A model generated the notes under the pieces. That model saw nothing but the letters and a program-made list of their open reading frames with translations. It ran no database searches and was not told the DNA's origin. Both the position numbers and the translations under genes were made by a program. From assembly GCA_051530055.1 (NCBI GenBank), contig CM121342.1, positions 7,758,691 to 7,822,690 of the forward strand: a stretch of 64,000 nucleotides of DNA, in the 5' to 3' direction. Origin of the DNA: Neoechinorhynchus agilis. Taxonomy: Eukaryota; Animalia; Acanthocephala. Below are positions 41,462-53,900 of the stretch, one piece after another. The stretch's first letter is position 1. The number at the start of each line of letters is the position of its first letter.

Positions 41462-41534
41462 TGCCGAGACCGTGGATCGAACACGGGACCTTTAGATCTT
41501 CAGTCTAACGCTCTCCCAACTGAGCTATCTCGGC
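41462..41534 (-). tRNA. tRNA-Phe(GAA)
   Basis: GCCGAGATAGCTCAGTTGGGAGAGCGTTAGACTGAAGATCTAAAGGTCCCGTGTTCGATCCACGGTCTCGGCA: 73 nt, all four stems pair, anticodon GAA. Confidence 0.97.
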
Positions 41535-42989
41535 TTACGACTTTCTTCTAAATATTATACTGTATTATGGTGCTGTCACCGAGAAATGGTGATTTTATTT
41601 CACCGATAATACAGATGAATTTAGGATTACATTCGGGTGGTTAGATATGCTATTATTTAGGTCACTTGTCAACACCCGATGGGGATCATTAAAAAAGAAT
41701 GTATATTTCGACTGATTGAATCAGTCATTGTCAATTCTATCTAAAAATTAGCTGGTATTAGTCACAAACGCACGACATGATTGTTCGTTTTGACTCAGGA
41801 ACCCGGGATCATCAACTCCGTAGGCAAAGACCCGACTCCCTTTGTGCATTTAGGCCCACTATATGTAATTGGAGGCTTTGTTGCCTGTTCCATCGTGTTG
41901 GCCATTTCAATATGTATATCGACTCTTATAAGTCCATGGAATTTTATCTTTTCCATACATAGAACTAAGTCTTATCAAACCCAATTGAGTTTGTGGTTCA
42001 TTCTAAATGATTTAAAATCGCCGAAGTCGTATCGCCGCATCGTAACGGAGACATATTTCTTTGAATAATACATTGTTTCACCTTCGCAGGCTATTTCGCA
42101 GTCTTTGCAGGGGATGTACTATACTACATCAGGACTAGTTTTTAGCTGAGGTTTTCGTTTAATGATACACCCATGATAGCCGGGGTTCTCTTGTGATATA
42201 GGCGAACGGAGCATTTTAGATTTCCCAGGATCATGCGTAAAAGATTAGAGCAAAAGTCATCAATGAATTCCGATCGAATGAATGTCATTGCTAGTTTTTC
42301 GATCGGTAGATTAGTTCGGATATACCACTCTTTTTTATAAGACTGCCGTTTCGCCCAATCCGGATTGTCCCTTCTTTCCAACATGTATTTGATGTTCTTG
42401 ATCGCTTTGAATTTTATTGTCTGAAAACGTGATTATTTTTGTAAATGCCGTTCAGCATTCAAAACATTGATGTTTGACGCTTTGCCTTCCGCTTATACAT
42501 CGGGATCTCCATCCGACAATAAGGCCACTTTAAATCGATTGCACGGGTGCAAATGTTAGCTGTTGCCTGCGCTGAACGTTGGTTTGACAGGTAATTAAGA
42601 AAACCAACTAATGGAAAACTATTAACTGATATCTATGTGTGGCTTTTTTCACGGCTTGCGCGAACTGCGGGCTTGGTGGTCGTTGTGCGTTTTCGAAGAC
42701 GTGTAAAGCATTCAAACAGTATTTTGCTTTTGGCCCAACAATGTCAGCTTAACCACTTCTGCACTCTCCTCGACTCATCACCAGCAGCATACCCAGATTC
42801 TTTGAGTCCCCTCCAGCAATTTCGAATGAAATTCTACTCCTACTCTTGATAAATTGAGACGAGCCATCAGACAACTCAAGAACAATAAATCCCTTCTCCT
42901 GAGAAGAGTTCCGAACAAAGCTCCACCTGATCATTCTCAAAATATGGGACTAAGAAGATACCACTCGCACTGAACGCAGTCATCATATC

Positions 42990-43190
42990 AATATTCAAAA
43001 GGAAGATAGATCCATATGTTGAAACTATCGAGGAATTTCGACACTATTGACTGCGGGTAAACTTCTTGCAAGAACCCTCCTGAATATGCTTACCAAAATG
43101 GATTTAGAGCCCAGAGGGGAACCGTCGATGCACTTTTCTGCGTCCGTCGACTACAAGAAAAGCCAAAGAACAACAAAGAGCTCTCCTTAT
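42990..43190 (+). mobile_element. RTE-like RT fragment
   Basis: QNGFRAQRGTVDALFCVRRLQEK motif, flanked by frameshifts. Confidence 0.6.
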
Positions 43191-43509
43191 GACCATATTT
43201 GAAGTGTTCATTTGATCGACGTTTCGCTTGACTTCTACATATTCCCATTCGAATCAGTATTGTTAACTATTAAGAATATCATTGTCCTCGGGGCGAATTT
43301 GATTGTACGTTGGCGAATCCTGTCCCCGGTGTTGTCGTTACTCATTTATTTGAGAAATATTTCGCAAGGTTTTCCTTGCCATTTCAGTCTCTATCTAAAA
43401 TGGAGATGACATAAACAGCACGCACAGCATCTGACAAGGGGCGCGAACTAGTTGCCGTAGATACTGAAGAGTAGGGACGCGAACTAGTTGCAGTAGATAC
43501 TGAAGAGTA

Positions 43510-44560
43510 TACCGATGCGGCCCACAGTCTGTTGGACTCTGGCAAGTTCGTCAAACTCAGTTCCAATCCAACAGAAAAACGGGAGACACAACTAAATGCA
43601 TTCTTGAGGTCTCTACAGAAAAATAATTCGATCAGTGAGCACTTTCATCAACAGACGAGGTCTTCTACAGCCAGGGCTTCCTTTCTGTATCTTTCCCCAA
43701 AGGTACACAAACGAACTATACAATACCGACCCAGAATCAATGCACTAATAATTAGCGTCATGTCGAAAACCCCCTTAATTACATAGCCCGAATGCGACTG
43801 GAAAAGTATGAACAGTGCAAATTCTTCACGGCCGACGTAACGTCCTTATTTACCAACATTCCACTCCAAGAGACAATTTCCATAGCAGCTGAACTTCTAC
43901 ACAATCAATGCGAAGAGCCGCGCCTTGATCATAAAACGTGGATAACTCTACTGCAGCGGTGCACATGCAAGACCGTTTTTGAATTCGATCAAGTTTTCTA
44001 TGAACAACGCGACGGAGTTGCAATGGGTTCACCTCTGGCACCCACTCTAGCTGATCTCTACATGAGAAGATGGGAAAACAACTTCTTGAAAATGCAACCC
44101 AACATCAAAAAGTGGTATCGCTATGTTGACGACGTGTTCATAGTCACTGATGATGAAACAAGCATGGGAGACCAAAGCATTCCACTCAACATGGAGGATC
44201 CAAACATCCAGTGGTCAATGACTCAGGAAGATGAAGAGGGGGCTATCTCCTTTTTGGACGTAAGGATAAATCACGATGATAAAGGCAATGTCAAAACACA
44301 GCTCTACCGCAAACCAGGTATACCATGGGGTCCACCTCACTGGTCGAGCCACCAACCGTTCCACTACAAAATCACAGCGGTAATGTCCTACTTCAAGAGG
44401 GCCAGGATGATTTCTTCAGAAAGCAGGGATTGGATAGAAGAAAAATAAAGGATCACCAAAGTTCTCAGATCACGAGGCTTACGTGAATATGCCATCAAAA
44501 TCAGTCTGAAAAAGGCAACACATAGCGGCCATCGCAAGAAGGCGCCTCAAGTACCTCGCT
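43510..44560 (+). mobile_element. Penelope-like element RT fragment (no GIY-YIG seen)
   Basis: FLYLSPKVHK; TADVTSLFTNIP; FYEQRDGVAMGSPLAPTLADLYM; WYRYVDDVF; ISFLDV; LYRKP. Confidence 0.85.
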
Positions 44561-44905
44561 CCAAATCCTTTGGTTTACAACAAACGGGCGCACCCGTTGC
44601 GGGTATTCTCAAGAGGAAAACCGGACCTGGCTCTATGCGAAATATAAATCACTTTTTCCGGAATCACGAGTACAGCTCTCGTCTTAAAGTTATCTCGCAG
44701 ATCCAGAAAGGTTTTACGGGAAAAAGGCCAGTTAGTCTTTTTGCCTATTAATAGCTCTCATGGATTCCGCTTTATTAATGTCCAAGGAAATGTAATTTTG
44801 CGACGATCGTCAGCGATCCCAGTTACTTGAATAGCCTACAGAGATCGGAACAAGAATACGGAGGTTGCTTCCTCGTAAAAAAACCATTTTGTTGGTTTCG
44901 CATAA

Positions 44906-45454
44906 GTCTTGAATGTTTCAAGGTATTTTCGTCGTTCCAGTCAAATGGTCCAAAAATTCCCCAGTTAAATAGATGTGACAGTATTTTAAGTTTTTAAGGG
45001 TTTATTGTTCGATGAAAAAGTGCAACCTTCATACTGAAAAGACGCGATAATTCATCTTGTCCATTTCGCCAGCGAGTCTTGAATGTTCCAGGGTATTTTC
45101 GTCGTTTCAGTCAAATAATCCCAAAATTCCCCAGCTAAATAGACGTGACAGTATTTTAAGTTTTAACGGGTTTATTGTTCGATGAAAAAGACGCAAACTT
45201 CATACTGAAAAGACGCGATAAGTCACCTTGTCCGTTTCGCCAATGAGTCTTGAATGTTTCAAGGTATTTTAGTCGTTTCAGTCAAATGGTCCGAAAATGT
45301 CCCAGTTAAATAGACGTGACAGTATTTTAAGTTTTAACGGGTTTTATTGTTCGGCGAAAAAGTGCAAACTCCATACCGAAAAAACGCGATAAGTCACCTT
45401 GTCCGTTTCGCCAATGAGTCTTGAATGCTTCAAGGTATTTTAGTCGTTTCAGTC
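44906..45454. repeat. 171-bp tandem repeat, ~3.2 copies
   Basis: GTCTTGAATG at 44906, 45076, 45247, 45418. Confidence 0.95.
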
Positions 45455-45569
45455 CATAGACCCAAATGTGCATTATCCAAAAAACCTTGACAGTCGTTTG
45501 TGGTTAAATGAGCACAAATTTTATATATAAGATGGCGCATCGCATAGTAAAAAGGTGCACAAAACAACA

Positions 45570-46049
45570 ATGATTCTCCTACTTCTTCTTGGATTCATAT
45601 CGATCGTAGATTTAGCCATTCTAAATACACATCGAAGACCTGCTTCTTCTACAACGATGAACAATGGTTGTTTAGATTACGACGTTCTTATGGAAAATTT
45701 ATACGATCCATCCCGCAATGTGGACCAGTGTGGTGATCCGCTGAGGATTAAACGTAGATCATGTTTTTACATGAAGATTGGACAAGACCTGGAACCTACA
45801 GGATTTTGCGTTATGGTAGATTATATAATTTCAACTGGATGCAATGATTATATTGTCTATTCAGTCGATCCAAATCAAAAGCTTTATGCCTCTTCGTTTA
45901 ATGTTGCTAGTTCTTATGGTCCCTCTGTATGGGATCCGAATCTTTATGAACTGCAGCGGAAACTTCAACCTCATTGGAAATACATCTTAGAACATAAAGC
46001 TAGGCAGTCGATTGTAATGGTACGAGAAAACGTTTGCCAAATTTTCTGA
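45570..46049 (+). CDS. Unidentified secreted Cys-containing protein, 159 aa, intronless
   Basis: Signal-peptide-like MILLLLLGFISIVDLA; 6 Cys; KRR basic site; TATA-like TATATATAA at ~45522 and AATAAA at ~46069. Confidence 0.65.
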   Translation: MILLLLLGFISIVDLAILNTHRRPASSTTMNNGCLDYDVLMENLYDPSRNVDQCGDPLRIKRRSCFYMKIGQDLEPTGFCVMVDYIISTGCNDYIVYSVDPNQKLYASSFNVASSYGPSVWDPNLYELQRKLQPHWKYILEHKARQSIVMVRENVCQIF

Positions 46050-46135
46050 AATATTTGTTCACCACAAAAATAAAGTTTTTATGAAGATTGGCCAGCCGGT
46101 AACTTATATCGATGTGTGGCCCATTATGACACGGC

Positions 46136-46339
46136 TGTTAATTTTTGGGCACACAGCCCTTTGACTTGGTTCAGAGTAGTAATTCAATTACTCAAAGCTC
46201 TGAACCAACCGGTACGAGTATGTACATTCCTCAGGATCCTCAGATACCTCCAGAGGGCGGGACTCATCAGTGAGTTTCCTCCCTTCAGCGGTATTTCGTC
46301 CTGAACCAGGTCGGTGAGCTGTGTGCCCAAAAATTAACA
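46136..46339. mobile_element. ~204-bp element bounded by 39-bp imperfect inverted repeats, carrying hammerhead copy 2
   Basis: 46137-46174 GTTAATTTTTGGGCACACAGC-CCTTTGACT-TGGTTCAG versus revcomp of 46301-46338 GTTAATTTTTGGGCACACAGC-TCACCGACC-TGGTTCAG. Confidence 0.75.
46239..46301 (-). ncRNA. Hammerhead ribozyme core, non-circularly permuted, copy 2 (perfect consensus)
   Basis: Minus strand: GGAC-GAAA-UACC-(15 nt)-CUCA-CUGAUGA-GUCC-(11 nt)-GGUA-UC^UGAG. Predicted cleavage between 46243 and 46242. Confidence 0.8.
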
Positions 46340-48355
46340 AAATATAAAAAAAGGTTTAAAATATATATCAAAAATGTTTACGCTTTATTATCTTTTGCGG
46401 TTCGCATTATCTTAAAATATTCGTGAGCTCAGTACGAAGGCGACAGGCGCGATTTCTAGTTATTTTTCTGATGGCCGAATTTAGTCAACTTCCCATTGCG
46501 CAAAAATAGTTGCTTGGAAGAGATGAAATTAGGCTCTCGGAATTAACTCCGATGACATCGAATGCAATGACAAAATGAATATACCTTGGCAACCGATCGG
46601 GTGCTCAGGATTATTCATTGCACCACGCCACAAAGAACCGATGAGATATTCTTGCTACAAACTGAGTGAAAAAATTATCAGCATTAGCTCCTCAATCATA
46701 AAAGTGCGTTTCCAGGCTGTTTGCAGAAATCCCTTTACAAGAACCCTTCGAGTAAACAATCACTTTTTTCAAAGAAAGGAAGGGAAAATAAGGAAGAGAA
46801 CCCGGATGTACGCACACAAATTTTGATATGAGAAAGCATTATTTAATTCACCCGAAATCGTCAATTCTGTAATATTTATTCTTGCGAAATCGTTGGACAT
46901 TGTGAAGTCCTTCTAATTTGTTCCACAAACATTTTGTGACTTGAGAATGCTATTCTTGAAAATTATTCCGAAAATCGAATACCAGTAACAAAGCAATACG
47001 ACAGCACTCATAACAATATCTTCATATTGAATTCTTGGAGACATTTGAAAGTTTGCAGCTCTGCAAATTCAACAAAATATCTTCTTCATAATTGTAGCTG
47101 TGTACTTTATAGATAGGATCCAGTGTTGGAGACGTTGATTTTCATGATCATGCAAAATTAAAACCGATTGTGAATCCTGTTGGAGCTTGAATTTCACATC
47201 TTGCCGGCAATGGTATTATGATTTGGACTTTGATTTAAATTCAATTCACATGACATTCTATGCATAATACTTATTTCCATTGTTGGATGAGAGCCTTTCG
47301 CTTGATCAGTTATTGTTGGAATTTCTTTTCCATTGATGAACCGACATCGTAATTCATTAGATTAAAGAAGTGGAATATACCAAATGCCTGGGATCATTTG
47401 CAGGGGCATTAGAATCCAGATTGTAGAGATTGAGGATGGCAAGTATCAATATTTTGCTCAACACCTCAATCAATAGTGGAAAATATTATGCAGGAAGCAA
47501 ATTAAAAACCTAAATTTTGTAATCGAACGTCAGTTCTACCAAATGAAATACCAAAACCTCATTCCCTGAGGTACATTCCGGGAAATATACTACTGGGACT
47601 CGTATTGGACCGCAAAGAGCGCGTTTGCCGTGTAGAATGAACGATACTGTCAGACAAATGAATTTGAATATGTTTGATGATATGATTAAATACGGATTTG
47701 TGCCTAATGGCGGTCGAGACGACCGTCCGTACTAACATTGATGGTCGACGAGTACTACAAATCAACAAATAACATCAAATTTCTCCGAAATTCTATCAAA
47801 GTTATAGAGATGGAATATGAATTCTGGGTAAGAAACAGGCAGGTGAGAATAGGTCAGAAGATTTGTTCTGATTTAAATGTTTAGGAATGCAAAGACTGAA
47901 AATGAGCCCAAATTACACAGTCTTGGAAAAGAGATATGTTCCTTGAAAGGATAAAGGCGTGAAATCCTCAAGAACAAGCAGAGCAACAAAGTCGTTATTC
48001 TGCTGGTAAGGAGCTCCCCGAAAAGTTTCAACATGGGATTCTGATGACGAATAAGTGACTGACTACCTTAAGTACCAAGTTTACGATTTGAAAGATTCGC
48101 TTCATTCACTTGTAATATTTCTCCGATATAAAAACATGACAACATCATCGCACTGGCCAGCTATTCTCTAAGCCCGTTTATCGGCCAGAAATCATATTCC
48201 ATCTGCATTGGTTCGATACTGTTTCAAAGAAAATTCTTCGTTAATTGTGTTTCCGTAGTAATCGTTAACCAATAAAGTACAGGAGGTTCGGGTCAAATTG
48301 TGCAATAAATTCAACCGCCTTTGGGAATGTTACAGCTCAACTAGCCATCAATTCT

Positions 48356-51300
48356 TGTTGTGTGGGGAAGACAAAAGTAACTTTTATTGGCTCGCGTTCG
48401 CACCCCCAAGTAAAGGAGCGAGGGTACACAATGAGAGTAGACACGAAATATTGGTAGATCTGAAACGACGACACACACGACTGTTCGCCCGTTATCGATC
48501 TAACGCCCCCGACGTGTCACGGTCGATCACTCTATAACATTTCTCCTTCCTCACCCGAACAGGTCGTGTCATAATCTTCTAACCATTCAGGTAAACGTCG
48601 TACCTTCGTGTTCCTTCTAAGTGGGTTTGTTGTACTAGGTATCCCTTCCGTTTAACTGGTTGACTGATTGTTCGTTTGTTCTATTCCCGACCACTGCCTC
48701 GGATGTGGCTATTGCTGGTCTCAGATGATCAGCATGCTTCCGTTCTAACACCGGACCAGTTCGTTTCTCCACCCGTCCTGACCCTCATCGTCTATCGTGC
48801 TGCGTCTTAAACCGTACCCGATCATTGTTCATGAACTCCCTCCATTTCGAACATTCGTCATGTCTTTCCTTCCATTTCTCCTTCTTTTCAATCACCATCT
48901 CATGGTTGTCCTCGTGCAAGTTATCGAACAACCGCGGGACTAACTCCTGTCGTCGTATTCAGACAATTCCTATAGCTTAACAAGAAACTCTGCAGTTGTT
49001 TTTCATACTGGGATCGCGGGACACATCTAAACACCCTCTCCTTCACGATTCGCACAAAACGCTCCGCTTGTCCATTAGTGCTGAGGTGGTATTTGGTAGC
49101 ATAGATAGGCTTTATCCCATTGTTTACTAGGAACTGTGCAAACGTTTCGGATCGAAAACTTGGGCCATTATCCATGACCACCTTTCTAGGCAAACTGAAT
49201 TTGCAAAACAGTCGCCGCATATGAGTGATGAGGGTCGCCGCATCCATCGACCAAAATCAATCATTTCTGGCCACTTCGTGAACGCATCTACCGCCATGAG
49301 CCACATTGTGTTCTGCATTGGATCCGCGTAATCTATGTGAATTCGCTCCCATGGAGTCGTCGGTACATCTCCTGGGATCATATCCGCCTCTGGCTGATTC
49401 GATCGACCTTCTTGACACACCCGACATCGACTCCCATAATTTTCTATTGTTTTGTTCAGCCGTGGCCACCCGACGTACATCCTTGCCAAAGACTTCATTG
49501 ACGCCCAGCCTGGATGACCCTGATGTAATACTTTTAGAACATCCCCTCACAACGCCTCTGGGATAATTATCCCTCCAAGCTAAAAAAAGAATATTGTTTT
49601 CGACTGACAGTTCGCTTCCTTTTCTCGAAATATGTTCGTAAATTAGGAGGAATGACGGTAGGCCACTGCGCCTTGATATACTTGCACACCCGCGCCAGCA
49701 CTGTATCCTTCTTCAAGCTTCGTTTTAGTACCTCTGCGTTTATGATTCTTGAATCATCACAACTTATCAGGCCTATATCTTCTACACGACTTTCGGTGGT
49801 TCCATCTAGCGGTTCCGGCATTCTCGACAATGCGTTGGTGTACACATTTTCGTTTCCCCTATCGAATTCGATCTCACAGTCGTGTTCCATCATGGCAATG
49901 GCCCATCTTCGTAGCCGATTGCTTCGTATTCTACTCAGTTCTCTTCAAGCGCCAAAAATGTGAATCAGAGGTTTATGATCGGTTCTTAAACGGAATCTCT
50001 TTCCAAATATGAAATGGCGAAATTTCTTTACACCAAATAGAATCGCAGCGGCTTCCTTGTCAATTGTAGCACAATTCTTTTCAACTGGTGATAAGGTTCT
50101 TGATGCGTATGTCGCTGGTTTCTACTCGTTTTCGTACTGCTGCAAGAGCACAGCACCGAACCCTGATTCACTGGCATCGCACGCCACCATCACCTCATTT
50201 TCAAGTGCATACGGAATCAGCTCTTTTGGACTTCGCATAAGCTCCCTAACTCTGTCGAATCGCCTTTGGGCTAGTCAACGCATGGAGTGGACTGCATACC
50301 GCATGTATATGAGACAAGAATCGTTCATGGTAACCTACGGCTCCAAGAAAAGCCCTTAGCTGTTTCTTCGATGTCGGTGATGGACAATTTATCATTGATA
50401 ACAATTTCATCTTTTGCGCACTTATAGTCTCGGCTCGCCAATTAATTCCCAATATCTCCATGCTTTCCTCCATAAATTTGCATTTTTCTATTTTTAGCGT
50501 CAGCCCGGCGGTTTGTAGACCGCTTAATACTCTTCTCAAGTTTGATAGTACTTTTCATCGTTTTCTCCACCTATCACTTTATCATCAAGGTAGACCGCCA
50601 TATTCGGTATTCCGTCTAGTAGGTGGTTAATAAATCTTTGAAAGATGAATTGAGCGGTATTGATTCCAAAAGGAAGCCTGGTGAACTGATAGAACCCAGT
50701 CGGTGTTAAGATCGTCAACAATTTCTGGGACTCCTGCCCCACTGCACGCAGCAGGTATGCTTCCTTAATATCCAGCTTGCTGCATTTTCCTCTTTTGCCA
50801 CCTTGTACAGCACGTCCTATAGCTTGGGAATTATCCAACCGTCCTTACTCAGCGCCTCATTTAGCGTTATAAGAAAATCTCCGCATAATCTTATTTTGTT
50901 CTCGCTTTTCCGGAATACTTCACTAGGATCGATCTTTCTTAACACTCCCATTCCTTCTAACCTTCTTATTTCGTTTTGCAGTGGTTCCATCAGTGGAATC
51001 TGGATTCTTTGGGCAGAGAAAATTTAGGTCGCATCTCCTTTTGACCAGTACTTTCACTTCAAATCCCTTGACCATCCCCAAAGATCCCCGGAAAAGCTTC
51101 GGGTATTCTACCGACGGTTTTATTTTACTACCGTGATCTTCTTTTAACGCTTTGATCGTCTTCATGTCCGTCATCAACTTTTCTTGACGAGGTTCATCGA
51201 TTGTCATCAATTTTTGGTCATCTGCTGTAGATATAGTTTTTGTATCGATCGCAACTTCTTCATTCCCTCGATGTCCGATAGTCCTTAATTGCGCTGGAAT

Positions 51301-52290
51301 GATACTTAACTTCTGAATCCAGTTCAGTCCGCCACCGCCGCGGCTTCGACTATTTTCTGTCGCCCGTCATACTCTACCAAAACAAACCTTGTTCCAAGAG
51401 TATCGATGTCATTACCAGAATCTAACTTTTTCCATATCCGCAGTGGAATTACCGTCGAATTCAACTAACTTGCCATCGACTTTCACATTTGATAGCCTCC
51501 AATCCCGTTCACGAATTACTTCATCGTCTTCCTTGTCGAATCGCTTCGTGACCGCTGTCTTACATTTCCTTGCAAAATGACCTACTTTCCCGCAACGATA
51601 GCATCTGCTATTCCTACCCAAGCACTGATTATAACGCTCATGGTACCTTCCGCATCGATCGCATTCCCGTCTTGTCGTAATCGTCTCGTTTATTGGCTTC
51701 GTTTCTTCACGATACTGGGTTTGTCCTCAATCTATGAACTGTATCTTCATCGTGAAAAACACCTACTTCCGTCATCGCTTGTTCCATAGAAAGGTTCATT
51801 TCAATATCGCCTCGAACGATATTGGTCGACCATCTTCCATGCCCTCGGGCTAACGGCTACGAATTTCCCTTTCCACTTTTGGCTCCCTGAGCCCCATCGC
51901 AAATCGGTCTCTAAGTCGTTGGTTGACATTCTCTACATAACTGCGCCCTATACTCAAAAATCGCAATCTATCTGTGAACTCTGCGAATTTCTCCCCCGTA
52001 TTCCGGTTTGCTTGTTCGAACGCGAACCTAGCAGCAAACAGGGGCACCACCGGTACCCAGAGTCTCCCAATTTCCCGAAGCAACTCGTTAAATCGCAAAT
52101 CACCTGGGTCCTTTGGGAACATATATTTTTCTAACCGACTTAAGGTCATATCGCCCATGTACACGTCAATAACAAGGTCGCCTTGGCACTTTCCATTAAC
52201 TCGGAATCGCCTCTTATTCCCTTTACCCAACGAAGGCGCTCAAATCTGTAGAAAATCGATTTCGAAGCGTCGTCCTCGTAATCAAAAGAC
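48356..52290 (-). mobile_element. Ty3/gypsy (K02A2.6-like) element with 3' LTR (~48356-48539), degenerate
   Basis: Gag 51850-52230; CYRCGKVGHFARKC; RT KLDIKEAYL, RLPFGINTA, VYLDD; RH ACDASESG; IN PWERIHIDYA..VDAFTKWPE, VMDNGPSF, TNGQAERFV; purine tract at 48540-48552 and AATAAA in the LTR. Confidence 0.88.
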
Positions 52291-52449
52291 CCTGTAAAAA
52301 GAATAGTAAAAATTCGAGAAATTAAATTGTGAGGAACGCTAAAGAACTCCAGCATATTGGTTATAAAAGACAAAGAAATCTTGTCAAAAGCTTGAGATAA
52401 ATCAATGGTTAAAATGGCTCTTATAGGTAGAGTATAGTTTGAAATGCAG

Positions 52450-53900
52450 CATAGATATCAGCTAGTGCAGAGTGAACGGATTTCCCTTTTTGAAACCCAT
52501 GGCAATTGGACGAGATAATGTTATGCTCATTTATGAAGGATCTCCAGCGATGCGCTAAGGCTCGTTCTTAAATGGTGACAAAAGGATTCTGTAGAGAAAT
52601 CGGGCGAAGATCTTTTGGCTGAGTGACCGACTTTTTCCCATTTTTGATAAGAAAAATACGCCATGCCACGCTAATATCTCGCCAAGCATAAGGAGAGCAA
52701 CTAAGCATTAGTTTGGCCAAATGAACGATGCAGTCGCGTGGGAGCAATGTAAAAATTTTGATGCTAGAACTGGAGTTTGAGGATGCCGATTTCGGATTGC
52801 TCGACCAAAGCTTGAGAATGTCATCCAGTGTCATTGGCGAAAAATTCTTCGAAAAATTATTGTTGGCATCTCCTTTATAGAGCTCGAAGAATGAAATTCC
52901 AGGATGGCTTTCAACATATCATCTAAAGTCGACGTTTTCATCCAACCGGAAATTTTCGATTTCCTGGATATGTTGCTTTTCCTTTGAAAAGTGTGAGACC
53001 ATTTTGAGGAAAAGGACTCCAACTTAGCAAGCAGATCTGCTCTTTTCCTTTGTGTACTGCCTACATCGAGCTGTCCAGTAAGAAGTGCGTCTCCAGAACG
53101 TTTCGAGAGAAAAAGCTCTCGCCCAAGAAAACGAAGAGATCGACTTTCATATGGACGAGAGAAAAACATCATCGTACGAAATAGAAAAATATTGGCTGCT
53201 GTATTAAGGGCGTTGTTAACATACGGTAAAGTGTAGCGAGAAATAAAAGATTTTGGCTAGCTATGCGGAAAAAGGTAACATTGAGTGGACGAATGACCAT
53301 ATAAGGATATCATGACCTAAAAGGTCTAAGGAGACACCTGACGATCAAATTGAATCGAAAAGTTAAGATATCCTTTAAAAAAGATTAGATCCAGGAACGA
53401 GTGTGTATTTGAGGCGAGATTGTGGAATGAGGGAGTAGTAGGAAACGTTAGATAATAATGAGGTTTGATTGCATTAACAATAGTTCTGGACCATTTCAGA
53501 GACGGATCATTGAAATCTCACACAATAAAATCAATATTAGCTCTGAGAAGCCATTTGACTCTATTTTTAATGTACGGTCGATGGATAAAACCAGGTTTAA
53601 TGTACAATTTAACAAATGCGAAATATTTACGATTAATTAGAATTTTAAAAAAGGAGTAAGACATTTCGGTTGAAATGAAAGAAGACACCAATGTGGGAGT
53701 TAACGAGGATTGAAAAATTGAAATAAAACCCTGTGAGGCGGGACTGAATGATGGAGTAATAAAAGAGATGAATGTTGAGCTGTTCAGATGAGGTAGATAA
53801 TTATAGAGTTGGTCCTGAGTATAAATACTTTTCGTTTCCTGCAGAAAGATGATCGAAATGTCCGGTATGAAGTCGCCCCAACACGGTTTCATTTTCTTAA
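52450..53900 (-). mobile_element. Truncated LINE ORF2 (APE to RT start), related to the 3998-7650 element
   Basis: IIFLQETKSIY (versus ILLLQETKSIY at ~5120); KDLRPISLQNP. Confidence 0.75.

Noticed and set aside
43440-43510. 36-bp tandem duplication
   Set aside because: Two copies only, at the 5' edge of the Penelope fragment; an ordinary local duplication.
44906-45454. Hammerhead in the 171-bp repeat
   Set aside because: Only CAATGAGTC and isolated GAAAC motifs; no CUGANGA with matching stems on either strand.
46560-48300. Degenerate protein-coding remnant on the minus strand
   Set aside because: Many stops in all frames and no motif I could identify.
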